64,000 nucleotides of DNA from positions 10,723-74,722 of the forward strand of contig CANPWB010000003.1 in the NCBI GenBank assembly GCA_947581925.1, in the 5' to 3' direction. The notes beneath the pieces were generated by a model that saw nothing but the letters and a program-made list of their open reading frames with translations, ran no database searches and was not told the DNA's origin. Shown piece by piece: positions 21,448-30,774 of this stretch. Positions within the stretch are counted from its first letter, which is position 1; each line of letters begins with the position of its first letter. A program made the translations under genes and the position numbers. Source of the DNA: an uncultured Clostridia bacterium (GTDB taxonomy: Bacteria > Bacillota > Clostridia > Christensenellales > CAG-917).

Positions 21448-22764
21448 ATGTGGCTGTCCCTATCCATTTGTATCGTAACATGTCTTGTCATGATTTTGAG
21501 CGTGCTGTTTTTCCCCAAGATAAAATTCGGCAAAAAGTTTTCCATAAACACCTATTGGGTCGTCACGTTGGCGGGAGCGCTGCTGCTTTTTGCCGTGGGC
21601 GAGGCAAACTTCAAGACGGTAGGCGAGGCGCTCATCGCGGACACGGCGATAAATCCTCTCAAGATACTCGCGCTCTTTTTGTCCATGACGATACTGTCCA
21701 TATTTCTTGACGAGCTGGGCTTTTTCAGATACCTTGCGAGCGCGGTGCTCAAAAAGGCGAGGACGGGGCAAAAAAAGCTTTTCTTGTTTTTGTATCTCAT
21801 CGTTTCCGTGCTGACGGTTTTCACCTCAAACGACATCATCATTCTCTCTTTTACGCCGTTCATCTGCTATTTTGCGAAGAATGCGAAGATAAATCCAACG
21901 CCTTATCTTGCGGCGGAATTCGTCGCGGCAAACACCTGGAGCATGGCGCTCATCATAGGCAATCCCACAAACATCTATCTTGCTACGGCATTCGACGTTG
22001 ACTTTTTCTCATATCTGAAGATAAGCATAGTGCCTACGCTTTTTGCGGGACTCGTCGCATTCGGCGCGCTGTATCTCATGTTCAGAAAGCATCTTTCCGC
22101 GCCGATAGAGGGAGAGCCCGAGGATATAAAGATAGAGGACAAACTTTTGCTGTGGGTGGGCATCGCGCATCTCGCGGTATGCACGGTGTTGCTTGCGATA
22201 AGCTCGTACATCGGCATAGAGATGTGGCTTGTGTCCATATGTTCGGTGGGGAGCCTTTTCCTGTTTGTGCTGGTCATTTCGCTTGTCAGAAAGCAAAAGC
22301 CCAAGGAGCTTTTGGGGTGCGTCAAACGCGCGCCCTATCAACTTATACCATTTGTGCTGTCAATGTTCATCATGATAGTGGTTCTGTCCGAAAAGGGCAT
22401 AAGCGCTTCCATTGCAAATTTCTTTGGGAAGGACCTTGCCATTTTGAAATACGGCACGACGTCGTTTTTGATGGCAAACGTCATCAACAACATTCCTATG
22501 AGCGTGTTTTACTCGTCGATAATAGGCGCGATGGGCGGCGGGACGGCGGCTTTGCAGGCTGTCTTTGCCACGATAATCGGCTCCAACATAGGCGCGTTTT
22601 TGACGCCTATCGGCGCGCTCGCGGGCATTATGTGGAGCTCCATACTCAATGAGCACGGCTTGAAATTCGGATATTTGGACTTTTTGAAGATAGGCGTCTT
22701 TGTCGCCATTCCCACGCTGTTTGCGGCGCTCGGCGGACTGTTTGCGGTGAGCGGACTTATGTGA
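21448..22764 (+). CDS. ArsB/NhaD-like (ion transporter superfamily) permease
   Basis: About 12 hydrophobic segments; FTSNDIIILSFTP, IIGNPTNI, NVINNIP, IGSNIGAFLTPIGALAG. Confidence 0.85.
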   Translation: MWLSLSICIVTCLVMILSVLFFPKIKFGKKFSINTYWVVTLAGALLLFAVGEANFKTVGEALIADTAINPLKILALFLSMTILSIFLDELGFFRYLASAVLKKARTGQKKLFLFLYLIVSVLTVFTSNDIIILSFTPFICYFAKNAKINPTPYLAAEFVAANTWSMALIIGNPTNIYLATAFDVDFFSYLKISIVPTLFAGLVAFGALYLMFRKHLSAPIEGEPEDIKIEDKLLLWVGIAHLAVCTVLLAISSYIGIEMWLVSICSVGSLFLFVLVISLVRKQKPKELLGCVKRAPYQLIPFVLSMFIMIVVLSEKGISASIANFFGKDLAILKYGTTSFLMANVINNIPMSVFYSSIIGAMGGGTAALQAVFATIIGSNIGAFLTPIGALAGIMWSSILNEHGLKFGYLDFLKIGVFVAIPTLFAALGGLFAVSGLM

Positions 22765-22824
22765 CGCTTTGACGCATATCATTTGAAATAAGGGCTTATG
22801 CCCGAGATATATGGGAGAAAAACT

Positions 22825-24426
22825 ATGGAAGAGAAAAAGAACAAAGTTTATGATGTAAACTATGAGAGGATGGATCTCACGGCATACGAGGGCGAAGAGC
22901 CATATATTTTCGTGAGCTATTCGCACGCGGACACGGAGCAGGTCTACAAGATCCTCAAAATTCTCGACAGAGAAAAATACCGCTTTTGGTATGACGACTC
23001 TATGGAGATAGGCGAGGACTTCAGAGCGGAGCTCAGGTTGAGGATAGAGCAATGCAGCGCATTTTTGCTTTTCATATCCGACTCCGCGCTTGAGTCAAAA
23101 TATTGCGGGATGGAGATCATCACGGCATTCAAAAACGACAAAAAGATATATCCCATATATTTGAAAGACAACGTGAAGATCCCCGCGCCGCTCAAGATGA
23201 TCCTCGAAAACCTGCAACACGTCAAGGGCGTAGATTCGGGCAATTACGAGAGACAGATAAACAAGCTCATCTCGGGTCTGCCCATCGAAACCATGCGCAG
23301 CCTCGAAGTTGAGGACGGCGTCCTTGTAAAATGCAAGGACGGCAGCGTCACTTTGAGCGTCCCCTCGGGCGTAAAAGTCATAGGACAGGGCGCTTTCAAA
23401 AATTGCGAACGCCTTGAAAAACTCATCATCGGCGACGAAGTCGAGCAATTGCGCGGAGAGGCTTGCCGCGGATGCAAATCCATGAAGGAGCTCACCCTTC
23501 CCGCAAATGTGCGCAAAGTCGGAGAGAGCGCATTCCGCGATTGCATTTCGCTCACGTCTCTCGTCGCGGAAAACGACGATCTCGAGCTTGGCGAGCGCGC
23601 TTTTGAAAACTGCGCGTCCCTCAAAGATGTCCGGCTGAAGGACGGCATGACGGAGATCTACGGCGGCGTTTTCAACTCCTGCAAAGCGCTTGAGGACATA
23701 AAACTCCCCAAAAAGTTGACGATACTCGGCGAAAGCTCATTTGCAAATTGTGTAACCCTCAAAAAAATAGATATCCCCGAAAACGTCACAAAACTTGACG
23801 ATATGGTGTTCAACGGCTGTATCGAACTCTCCGAGGTAAAGTTGAAGAACAACATCACCAAAATAGGCAAAAACGTGTTCAAGGATTGCAAGTCGCTCAG
23901 CACATTCTTTATCCCCGCCTCCGTGTCAAGCATAGGTTCGGGACCGTTCAGAGGCTGCTGCAACCTTCAAAGCATCGTCGTGGACCTAAAAAACAAGTGG
24001 TTCAAATCTCTCGACGGCATACTTTTCAACAAAAACAAGTCGACCATCATTTGCTATCCGGCACAGCGCGAGGGCGACGTCTACCAGATCCCCGACTCGG
24101 TCACCGTGATAAGCGACTGGGCGTTTTGCGAGTGCATATCCCTAAAAAAGATCGAGATCCCCGATTCCGTCAGCGAAATAGGAGAGGGGGCGTTCTACAG
24201 TTGCTCTTCGCTTGAGGAGATTGTCTTGCCGGACTCCGTCGTCAAAATAGATGATACCGCGTTTAGAGGTTGCTCCTCGCTCAAGCGGATCGTCATTCCC
24301 GACTCCGTGCACGAGTTCGGCTGGGGATTGTTCAACGGTTGCGACGATGTCGAGGTCATATGCGGCATTCACTCCGACGCCGCCAAGTACTGCGACATCA
24401 AGGGCATCAGACACACTAAAGGGTAA
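22825..24426 (+). CDS. Soluble TIR domain + BspA-type leucine-rich repeat protein
   Basis: YIFVSYSHAD..WYD..FISDSALESKYCGMEI (TIR with putative catalytic Glu), followed by many 23-aa IPxSVxxIGxxAFxxCxSL repeats; no TM segment or signal peptide. Confidence 0.9.
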   Translation: MEEKKNKVYDVNYERMDLTAYEGEEPYIFVSYSHADTEQVYKILKILDREKYRFWYDDSMEIGEDFRAELRLRIEQCSAFLLFISDSALESKYCGMEIITAFKNDKKIYPIYLKDNVKIPAPLKMILENLQHVKGVDSGNYERQINKLISGLPIETMRSLEVEDGVLVKCKDGSVTLSVPSGVKVIGQGAFKNCERLEKLIIGDEVEQLRGEACRGCKSMKELTLPANVRKVGESAFRDCISLTSLVAENDDLELGERAFENCASLKDVRLKDGMTEIYGGVFNSCKALEDIKLPKKLTILGESSFANCVTLKKIDIPENVTKLDDMVFNGCIELSEVKLKNNITKIGKNVFKDCKSLSTFFIPASVSSIGSGPFRGCCNLQSIVVDLKNKWFKSLDGILFNKNKSTIICYPAQREGDVYQIPDSVTVISDWAFCECISLKKIEIPDSVSEIGEGAFYSCSSLEEIVLPDSVVKIDDTAFRGCSSLKRIVIPDSVHEFGWGLFNGCDDVEVICGIHSDAAKYCDIKGIRHTKG

Positions 24427-24479
24427 TGCCTGCCGCGGGCTCTTGTGCACACGCCCCGTGCGCACCGCTCCCGACCCGC

Positions 24480-24608
24480 TACAAGAAGTTTGCAAAGTAT
24501 ATCCCCGAGGGCGCAAAGGAGATACTCTCCGTATGCGAGGGCCCCTTCGGCGCAAAGACAAAACCGTGCGAGGGCAAGGCGTACTACACCACCCGCGAAG
24601 TAAGGTAA
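24480..24608 (+). pseudogene. Diverged duplicate of the 3' end of the GH13 gene
   Basis: Encodes KKFAKYIPEGAKEILSVCEGPFGAKTKPCEGKAYYTT versus KKFAKYIPEGAQEILSVYDNASFAAVTKPYEGKVYYTP at ~21075-21197. Confidence 0.85.
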
Positions 24609-24665
24609 AACGGCATATAGATCGGCGAACCGCCCACAAACGGCGGGCGACTTTACGGCTTTAAG

Positions 24666-24698
24666 AAAAAACGGCTTGACATTCAGTCAAGCCGTTTT
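24666..24698. terminator. Bidirectional terminator-like hairpin
   Basis: AAAACGGCTTGAC-attca-GTCAAGCCGTTTT. Confidence 0.7.
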
Positions 24699-24796
24699 AA
24701 TGCCGCTTAAAGGCTCACGCTTGTATAAAGGACTCTCCGACAAATTTTATTATCCGATTTGGGCAAATTTTTTCAATAACTTATGATAAAGCGCCA

Positions 24797-24836
24797 TCGG
24801 GGTCCCCATAAAATCGCGTGGCGATTTTATGGGGTA
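24797..24836 (+). repeat. Solitary D hairpin
   Basis: GGGGTCCCCATAAAATCGC-gtg-GCGATTTTATGGGGTA. Confidence 0.85.
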
Positions 24837-25345
24837 AAGAATTCCCACAGAATTAAGAGCGGATCATCCACACATTAAAAAATGCTTGGAGGATGCTATT
24901 CCTGTTCCCGAAGCATTGATTTAATGAATATAGTACGTAAGAAAATTGTAATGTTTTGTAAGAAAATATTAATGTTTATGTCAAGCATATGAAAGAATTA
25001 TGTGCAAAAATGGTATTGTAAAAACTTCCGCGTGACTTTTATGACAGAGTTGACAAGGCGTGAGCTTTTGCATGATGAAAAGAGCAAGTGGCGCGGACAT
25101 GTCGAAAAACGACTGCATAAGGGACATGTCCGCAAAAATTTGTAGAAAAATGCATAAATAGCAGCAACAAAATATTGACAAAAAAACCTAAAAAGGATAA
25201 ACTGTTATAAACAAAAAAATATACGGGGGGGGGGATTATATTTTTGAGCAAAAATTCGCTGTTGCGCATTAGCGCAGTATAGGTTTTTAAAAAAGCGGAA
25301 AAACTCGAAAAAGACGCTCCGAAACGGCGCGGCAAAGGAGGAAAA

Positions 25346-25516
25346 ATGTATATAGTCGAGGTTATATTTGCAATGATAAACATTATTGTCGTGGGTGTGG
25401 GCGCGGCGACAGCGTTGTCGGCGGGCTTGCTTGCGCTGTTTGATTTTATACTCAGACGTCGGAGCCTCTTGTCACGGTGCGGGCGAGATACCCGCGTCGG
25501 GCACAAAAACGCGTAA
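25346..25516 (+). CDS. Small membrane protein, 56 aa
   Basis: AAAGGAGG SD; MYIVEVIFAMINIIVVGVGAATALSAGLLALFDFILRRR..., hydrophobic with a basic tail; not in the ORF track. Confidence 0.55.
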   Translation: MYIVEVIFAMINIIVVGVGAATALSAGLLALFDFILRRRSLLSRCGRDTRVGHKNA

Positions 25517-25621
25517 GAAATTTGTAAGACTTTTGTCAAGATTATGCAAGAAAGATATGCAATTATATCATTGAAAAAATCTTTCGGGTTATCGGTCTGA
25601 AAAATTCGGGAGGAAACAAAT

Positions 25622-26272
25622 ATGCTGTACGGAATAGTGATATTTTTGACGCTCGCGATATGCGAAGGCGCCTCCATCGGGGTATATTATTGGGACAAAG
25701 CCGTGTCCTTGGCATACGCGATATGCGCGCCGCTTCTCTTGGCGGTATTTTGCGGTTTATTGCTTGGCGTATTGGACATTCTGATAAGGCTTATGCCTCA
25801 AAACTTATGGCGTTATGACAAAAAGCCGTTTCTCGTATGCAAAAAAGAAGTTAAGTTTTATGAAAAACTCGGCATAAAAAAGTGGAAAGACAAAGCCGTC
25901 CCGGAGCTTGGCGCGTCGGCGGGGTTTTCAAAGAGATATCTCAAGGGGACGGCGATCGAGTATCTCGAGAGGTTTTTGATCGAGACTTGCCAAGGCGAGA
26001 CGTTGCACGCGAGCGGCGCGGTGCTGGCGTTTTTGTTTTTGGCGATATATCCCACGCGGGATTGGTATTTTGTCTTGCCCATATTGGCAGTGAATTTTTT
26101 AATAAATTTGTTGCCCTGCATGATACAGAGATACAACAGATATCGCCTTAGCGTCGTATACAAATTCAAAGCACGGCACGCAAAGCTCAATATCGAGGCG
26201 ACAAAGGGGGAGGACGTTTGCGCAAGCGACGAGTCCGCACAAGGACAACAAGAATACAAACAGGAGGGATGA
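25622..26272 (+). CDS. Membrane protein, CrtO (glycosyl-diaponeurosporenoate acyltransferase)-like
   Basis: FYEKLGIKKWKDKAVPE..YLERFLIETCQGETLH..NLLPCMIQRYNRYRL resembles the CrtO-like family motifs. Confidence 0.6.
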   Translation: MLYGIVIFLTLAICEGASIGVYYWDKAVSLAYAICAPLLLAVFCGLLLGVLDILIRLMPQNLWRYDKKPFLVCKKEVKFYEKLGIKKWKDKAVPELGASAGFSKRYLKGTAIEYLERFLIETCQGETLHASGAVLAFLFLAIYPTRDWYFVLPILAVNFLINLLPCMIQRYNRYRLSVVYKFKARHAKLNIEATKGEDVCASDESAQGQQEYKQEG

Positions 26273-26275
26273 CTT

Positions 26276-27427
26276 ATGCGGATAGCGATAATCAACGATC
26301 TTCTCGGTAGCGGCAGCAACGGGACTTTTGTCGTGACCTACAATTTGCTTGACCACCTCAAAGCGCAGGGGCACGAGGTGCGCGTCATATGTCCAGACCA
26401 AAGTAAGAAGGGCGATCCCGATTATTTTGTGGTGCCCGAGCGCAATTTAGGCGTGCCGCTCAACAGGTATGTGAAGAAGGTTGGCGTTTCCATAAGCAAA
26501 TGCACGCGAAAGCTCATGGAAAAAGCGCTCGAAGGCGCGCAGTACATACACTGCATTACGCCGTTTCGGCTGGCAAGGTACGCGGCGGACATCGCAAGAG
26601 AGAAAAATATCCCGATATCGGCAGGTTTCCACATCATGGCGGAGAACATAACCGCATATTTGCATTTGGACAAATTGACCGCCCTCAACACGCACATATA
26701 CAAGCAGATGTATAAGACCCTATATCGCAAGGTGGACTGTATACACTATCCGACGGGCTTTATAAAAGCTCATTTCGAGTACAGGGTGAAAAAAAGCATG
26801 CCCGCGTATGTCATCTCAAACGGCGCGGACAGAAGATTCAAAAAGGAAGAGGTGGCGCGTCCCTCGAAGTTTGACGGCAAGTATATAATCACTTCTACGG
26901 GCAGATATTCGCGGGAAAAGTCGCAGGAAACGTTGCTCAAAGCGGTCGCGGACTCGAGATATAAGGACGATATACAGGTGGTGCTCGCGGGGCACGGCGC
27001 AAGGGAAAGGTATTATAAGCGACTTGGCAAAAACCTGCCCAATCCGCCCATAATGAGAGTGTTTTCACGCGATGAAATGGTGAAAATTTTGAATTGCACG
27101 GACCTCTACGTCCATCCCGCATATATCGAGCTCGAGGGGATAGCATGTCTCGAAGCCATGAAGTGCGGTGTGCCGACTCTGGTTTCGGATTCGCCGTACA
27201 GCGCGACCTACGATTTCGCCGCGGACGACGAGTGCATATTCGAGGATCGCGATACGCGGCTACTTGCAAAGAAGATAGACTCTTTGCTCGCCGACGCCGC
27301 AGAAAGGGAGCGCATAGGCAAGAAATCGCTTGCAAGCGAAGTCAAATATGTGGACGAATGTATGGCGCAGATGGACGCTATGATCGCGGCTGTCTTGAGG
27401 AAAAAGAGGGAACAAGCCGACGCCTAA
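26276..27427 (+). CDS. GT4-family glycosyltransferase
   Basis: MRIAII..GSNGT, ISNG, GRYSREK, ELEGIACLEAMKCG (ExxGxxxxE motif). Confidence 0.9.
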   Translation: MRIAIINDLLGSGSNGTFVVTYNLLDHLKAQGHEVRVICPDQSKKGDPDYFVVPERNLGVPLNRYVKKVGVSISKCTRKLMEKALEGAQYIHCITPFRLARYAADIAREKNIPISAGFHIMAENITAYLHLDKLTALNTHIYKQMYKTLYRKVDCIHYPTGFIKAHFEYRVKKSMPAYVISNGADRRFKKEEVARPSKFDGKYIITSTGRYSREKSQETLLKAVADSRYKDDIQVVLAGHGARERYYKRLGKNLPNPPIMRVFSRDEMVKILNCTDLYVHPAYIELEGIACLEAMKCGVPTLVSDSPYSATYDFAADDECIFEDRDTRLLAKKIDSLLADAAERERIGKKSLASEVKYVDECMAQMDAMIAAVLRKKREQADA

Positions 27428-27756
27428 CAAGCTTGCGCACGGTATTTTTTTGCCTACCGCGGCGGGTTGAGAAAAGCGGGTCATTGTATTAAATGATGCG
27501 TTTGCTTTCAAAAAGCTTGAATCCGTCTCAAAAATCATATATAGTAAGAATACTTGCCACAAAAGCGACAAGGACGATATGGACGGCAATGCGTCAAAGT
27601 CCCTGCGCGGTCGCGGCAAAGGCGTGAAAACGGCGGAATACGGCAGGCGCTCTTCTGCGGCAGTCGCTTTAAGAGGCGAATCACACAAAAGGCGTCGTTT
27701 GATACAGAAATTCTACGATCGAACGCGCCGCAAAATAAACAGAATGGAGCCGAATT

Positions 27757-28512
27757 ATGAAAATGTTTGAACCCGACAAAAAATTGCCGTCGTATCTCGA
27801 AAAGCACGGCAAGATACATGAGATCGTCATGATGTTGCTGTCGTTTATAATTGTGCCGATCGTATCCATAATCATCATTACGCTGACAAGCCAAAGCGTG
27901 GGTCTCAGAGTAGTGCAGACTACGGTGTCGATGCTCGCCTGGTTCAACGGCAAACTCGCCGAAATTTACATATGGGGTATAATAAACATAGCCTTGTACG
28001 CCTATTTGCTCGTGCTGAATCTGGACTTCGAGAAATACGCAAAGCCCGTGAAAATAGCGTTTTACGTGGCGTTCGGACTGAGCGTCGTCATACTGCTTAC
28101 GGGGCTGTCCATTCGCTTTACAGAGGAGCAAAGCCTGTCGCATACACTGCATAACGACTTTGCCATAATCGGTTTCGTCCTCGCCGTTGTGGTATTCATA
28201 GCGTTTGTCATCACGCAATTTTGGCGCAATCGTACGCAAGCGATCATTATGTCGGCGTTTTTGTGTTTCTTTGTGATAACGGGAGTGTTTTCCATTCCGC
28301 AGGTCAACTCGCCCGACGCCGACGCCATCATCACCGCCGCGACTCAAATGTACGTTTTTGCAATGATCCACGTGCTTTTGGCGCTCAATTATTGCCTTGC
28401 GAAAATACTCCCCGCCACCCCAGCCACAACCAAGACGGAAATATCTAAAGACGCCAACGCCTCTCAAAACGAAAACGCCGTCCTCGACGAAGAAGAAAAC
28501 GCGAGGCTTTGA
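27757..28512 (+). CDS. Hypothetical multi-pass membrane protein
   Basis: About six hydrophobic segments; GGAG SD. Confidence 0.8.
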   Translation: MKMFEPDKKLPSYLEKHGKIHEIVMMLLSFIIVPIVSIIIITLTSQSVGLRVVQTTVSMLAWFNGKLAEIYIWGIINIALYAYLLVLNLDFEKYAKPVKIAFYVAFGLSVVILLTGLSIRFTEEQSLSHTLHNDFAIIGFVLAVVVFIAFVITQFWRNRTQAIIMSAFLCFFVITGVFSIPQVNSPDADAIITAATQMYVFAMIHVLLALNYCLAKILPATPATTKTEISKDANASQNENAVLDEEENARL

Positions 28513-28551
28513 TGAAAATAAAGTCGGATAAGGCGAAGTATGGGCATAAGG

Positions 28552-29012
28552 ACGCTCGGACAGAGGTTGCGTTAAATGCTCAGGCAAGGGGAGGTTTCCT
28601 TTTACCCCACAAAAACATTTCATATTTTTGCTGGGACCCAGATATAAAACCCCATAGAAATGAGCGAAGCGAATTTTATGGGGATCCCGATGTCGCTAGG
28701 ACAGGGGGTTGCATTAATTGCTCGGACTAGGGGGCTCCTCGACGTTGTTCGGAGTGACACATTATATTACATGTCATTTCGAGCGTAGCGTAGCGAAGTC
28801 GAGAAATCCCCTGGTTTAAGTAAAAAGCGCTCTGACAATACTAACATCATTATCAAGCTCTCCCGCAGGAGTTTGTACCATACACACAATCAAAAAACGC
28901 GCGAACTAGTGACAAAAGTCACGACGTTCGCGCGTTTTTAGCTTGGGGTGCAGGGGACGAAGTCCCTTGCCGGGGCATGGGGCAGCGCCCCACATTGGGC
29001 GCGCAGTCCTAC
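28552..29012 (-). repeat. Composite repeat, copy 7
   Basis: Reverse-strand A, B, C, D and E modules starting just after the stop of the 29020-30486 gene. Confidence 0.88.
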
Positions 29013-29019
29013 GCAGTAC

Positions 29020-30486
29020 TCAGTCTTTCTCGTGGGCGACCTTGTAGTAGCTGTAGTAGTTTCTTGCCTCGCAGTCAAAGGTGCCGTCTTTGTCTATCAA
29101 GATGGCGGTGCAGCCGCGCTGGGCATGGTCCTTGACGCTCACGTAGGCGAGATAGTCTATGCTCATGCCGTATGTCAAGCGGATGCCCTTATATTCTATG
29201 GAGAAGTTGTTGTAGTGGTCGTGTCCGCAGAAGGTGCCCTTCAGACCGTGGTCGAGCCCCGCCTCGAAGAAGCGGTCCTCGTGATAGCCACAGAACACGC
29301 CGTAGTTGGCGACGCCGTTCTTTTTGCTCTGTTTTTCACCTCTGACGCCATAGTAGTAGGTGGCGTCCGCCTTCTCGCCAGTATATGTGCCGCCGTCGTC
29401 GTATTTCTCTTTGTATTCGTCAACGCTTACGGTGAGACCGGGCGTCAGCGCCGACTTTGTGTCGCTGCCGTTATTGTCGATGAATGCCTTCCATACGCGC
29501 CTGTATTCTCTGAGCGGGATGTGGAAGAACGCCATATTTTTGACATATTCGTCTCCAAAGCCGTTTTCCTTGTTTTTGGCTTTGAGCTTGTCCATCTCCT
29601 CTTTGTACCAATCCACCTGCGACTGATGGATGTTGTCGTATTTCCACACGAGGCCGAAATAGTCGCCGTCGATGTAGGAGTGGCTGTCGAGAATGACGAT
29701 GGATTGAATGTATTCGCCCTTCGTATTCTTGACGTTGATGATGTGGTTGCCAAAGCCTCTGTCGATATGGTTGAAATCGTCGTCCTCGTCAGCGAACCCG
29801 CGTTTGTACAGGCAATATTTAAAATTGCTGTTCTCGTAATATTCGCTTATCTCCTTGCGGGAGTACATGCTGTACGCCTCGGTGTCGTGGTTGCCGTATG
29901 CAAACGTCCAATATACGCCGAGGGACTCCATCATATTGGAGAATACCTTTGTCGCGTTAAGGTTGTTGAAGGTGCCCGCCTGGAAAGGCACGGGGTAGGC
30001 GATGTCGCCCGTCACGACAACAAGGTCGGGTTGCTCCGCGCGTATCATAGTCTCAACGGCGTTCATAGCCCAGGCGTCTTGTTGATGTGAAAAACTGCCT
30101 GCGCCGATATGTACGTCCGTGAATTGCAACACCTTGAACTCTGTCCTGTCGTCGGGAAGCTCAAAATACGTCCACTCCTCATCAAATTGAGGTTTGAGCT
30201 GCTCGTGATCGTATTTGACAGGCTCCATGCTCTTTGCCTGCTTGATGAGTCCCTTTGCGCCCACCACGTTGCCGATGGCTACGCCCGACACGAATATCGC
30301 AAGCACAAGCACGATCGCGCCCGTGATGATGAGCGCCTTTATAGTGCGTTTCTTTTTCTGCTCGGGAGTAAGCTTTTTGCGCTCTTTCTTCTTCTTTTTC
30401 CCGTCCTTTGAACCCTCTTCGGGAGCGTCGGACACTTCTTGATCGTCGAACTCGACAAGCTCTTCTTTTTTGATCTCTTCGCTCAT
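29020..30486 (-). CDS. Membrane-anchored calcineurin-like metallophosphoesterase
   Basis: DVH, GD, GNHD, FFHIP and GHDH motifs; one N-terminal TM helix after a basic stretch. Confidence 0.92.
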   Translation of the reverse strand: MSEEIKKEELVEFDDQEVSDAPEEGSKDGKKKKKERKKLTPEQKKKRTIKALIITGAIVLVLAIFVSGVAIGNVVGAKGLIKQAKSMEPVKYDHEQLKPQFDEEWTYFELPDDRTEFKVLQFTDVHIGAGSFSHQQDAWAMNAVETMIRAEQPDLVVVTGDIAYPVPFQAGTFNNLNATKVFSNMMESLGVYWTFAYGNHDTEAYSMYSRKEISEYYENSNFKYCLYKRGFADEDDDFNHIDRGFGNHIINVKNTKGEYIQSIVILDSHSYIDGDYFGLVWKYDNIHQSQVDWYKEEMDKLKAKNKENGFGDEYVKNMAFFHIPLREYRRVWKAFIDNNGSDTKSALTPGLTVSVDEYKEKYDDGGTYTGEKADATYYYGVRGEKQSKKNGVANYGVFCGYHEDRFFEAGLDHGLKGTFCGHDHYNNFSIEYKGIRLTYGMSIDYLAYVSVKDHAQRGCTAILIDKDGTFDCEARNYYSYYKVAHEKD

Positions 30487-30774
30487 AATAAATCCCCTTA
30501 CGAAGTTATATTATATTCATTATATACCGCCCGCGCGCACATTTCAAGTGCGGATTTTAGGATTGACTTAATTTGTATGAGGCGGATATAATATGTGTGC
30601 ATCAAAACATTCAAATGAAAGCAAAACGACATATGCCGCATATAATTTCAGATGTCAACTTCTTAAGCTCAAGGGCGATATTTATGACATGAAACAAAAG
30701 CCGAATACTTGACAATAAGACCCGCCTAAAGCTAATATTTAAGCATATAGTGAGTTGTATCTAAGGAGAAACAT

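Noticed and set aside
24480-24608. Duplicated GH13 3' end as a DGR template/variable repeat pair
   Set aside because: Differences are not adenine-specific, are often synonymous and include an indel; there is no reverse transcriptase in the window.
24700-24930. Possible minus-strand sRNA ending at the 24666 hairpin
   Set aside because: No convincing promoter and no second copy for covariation; only weak end-to-end complementarity.
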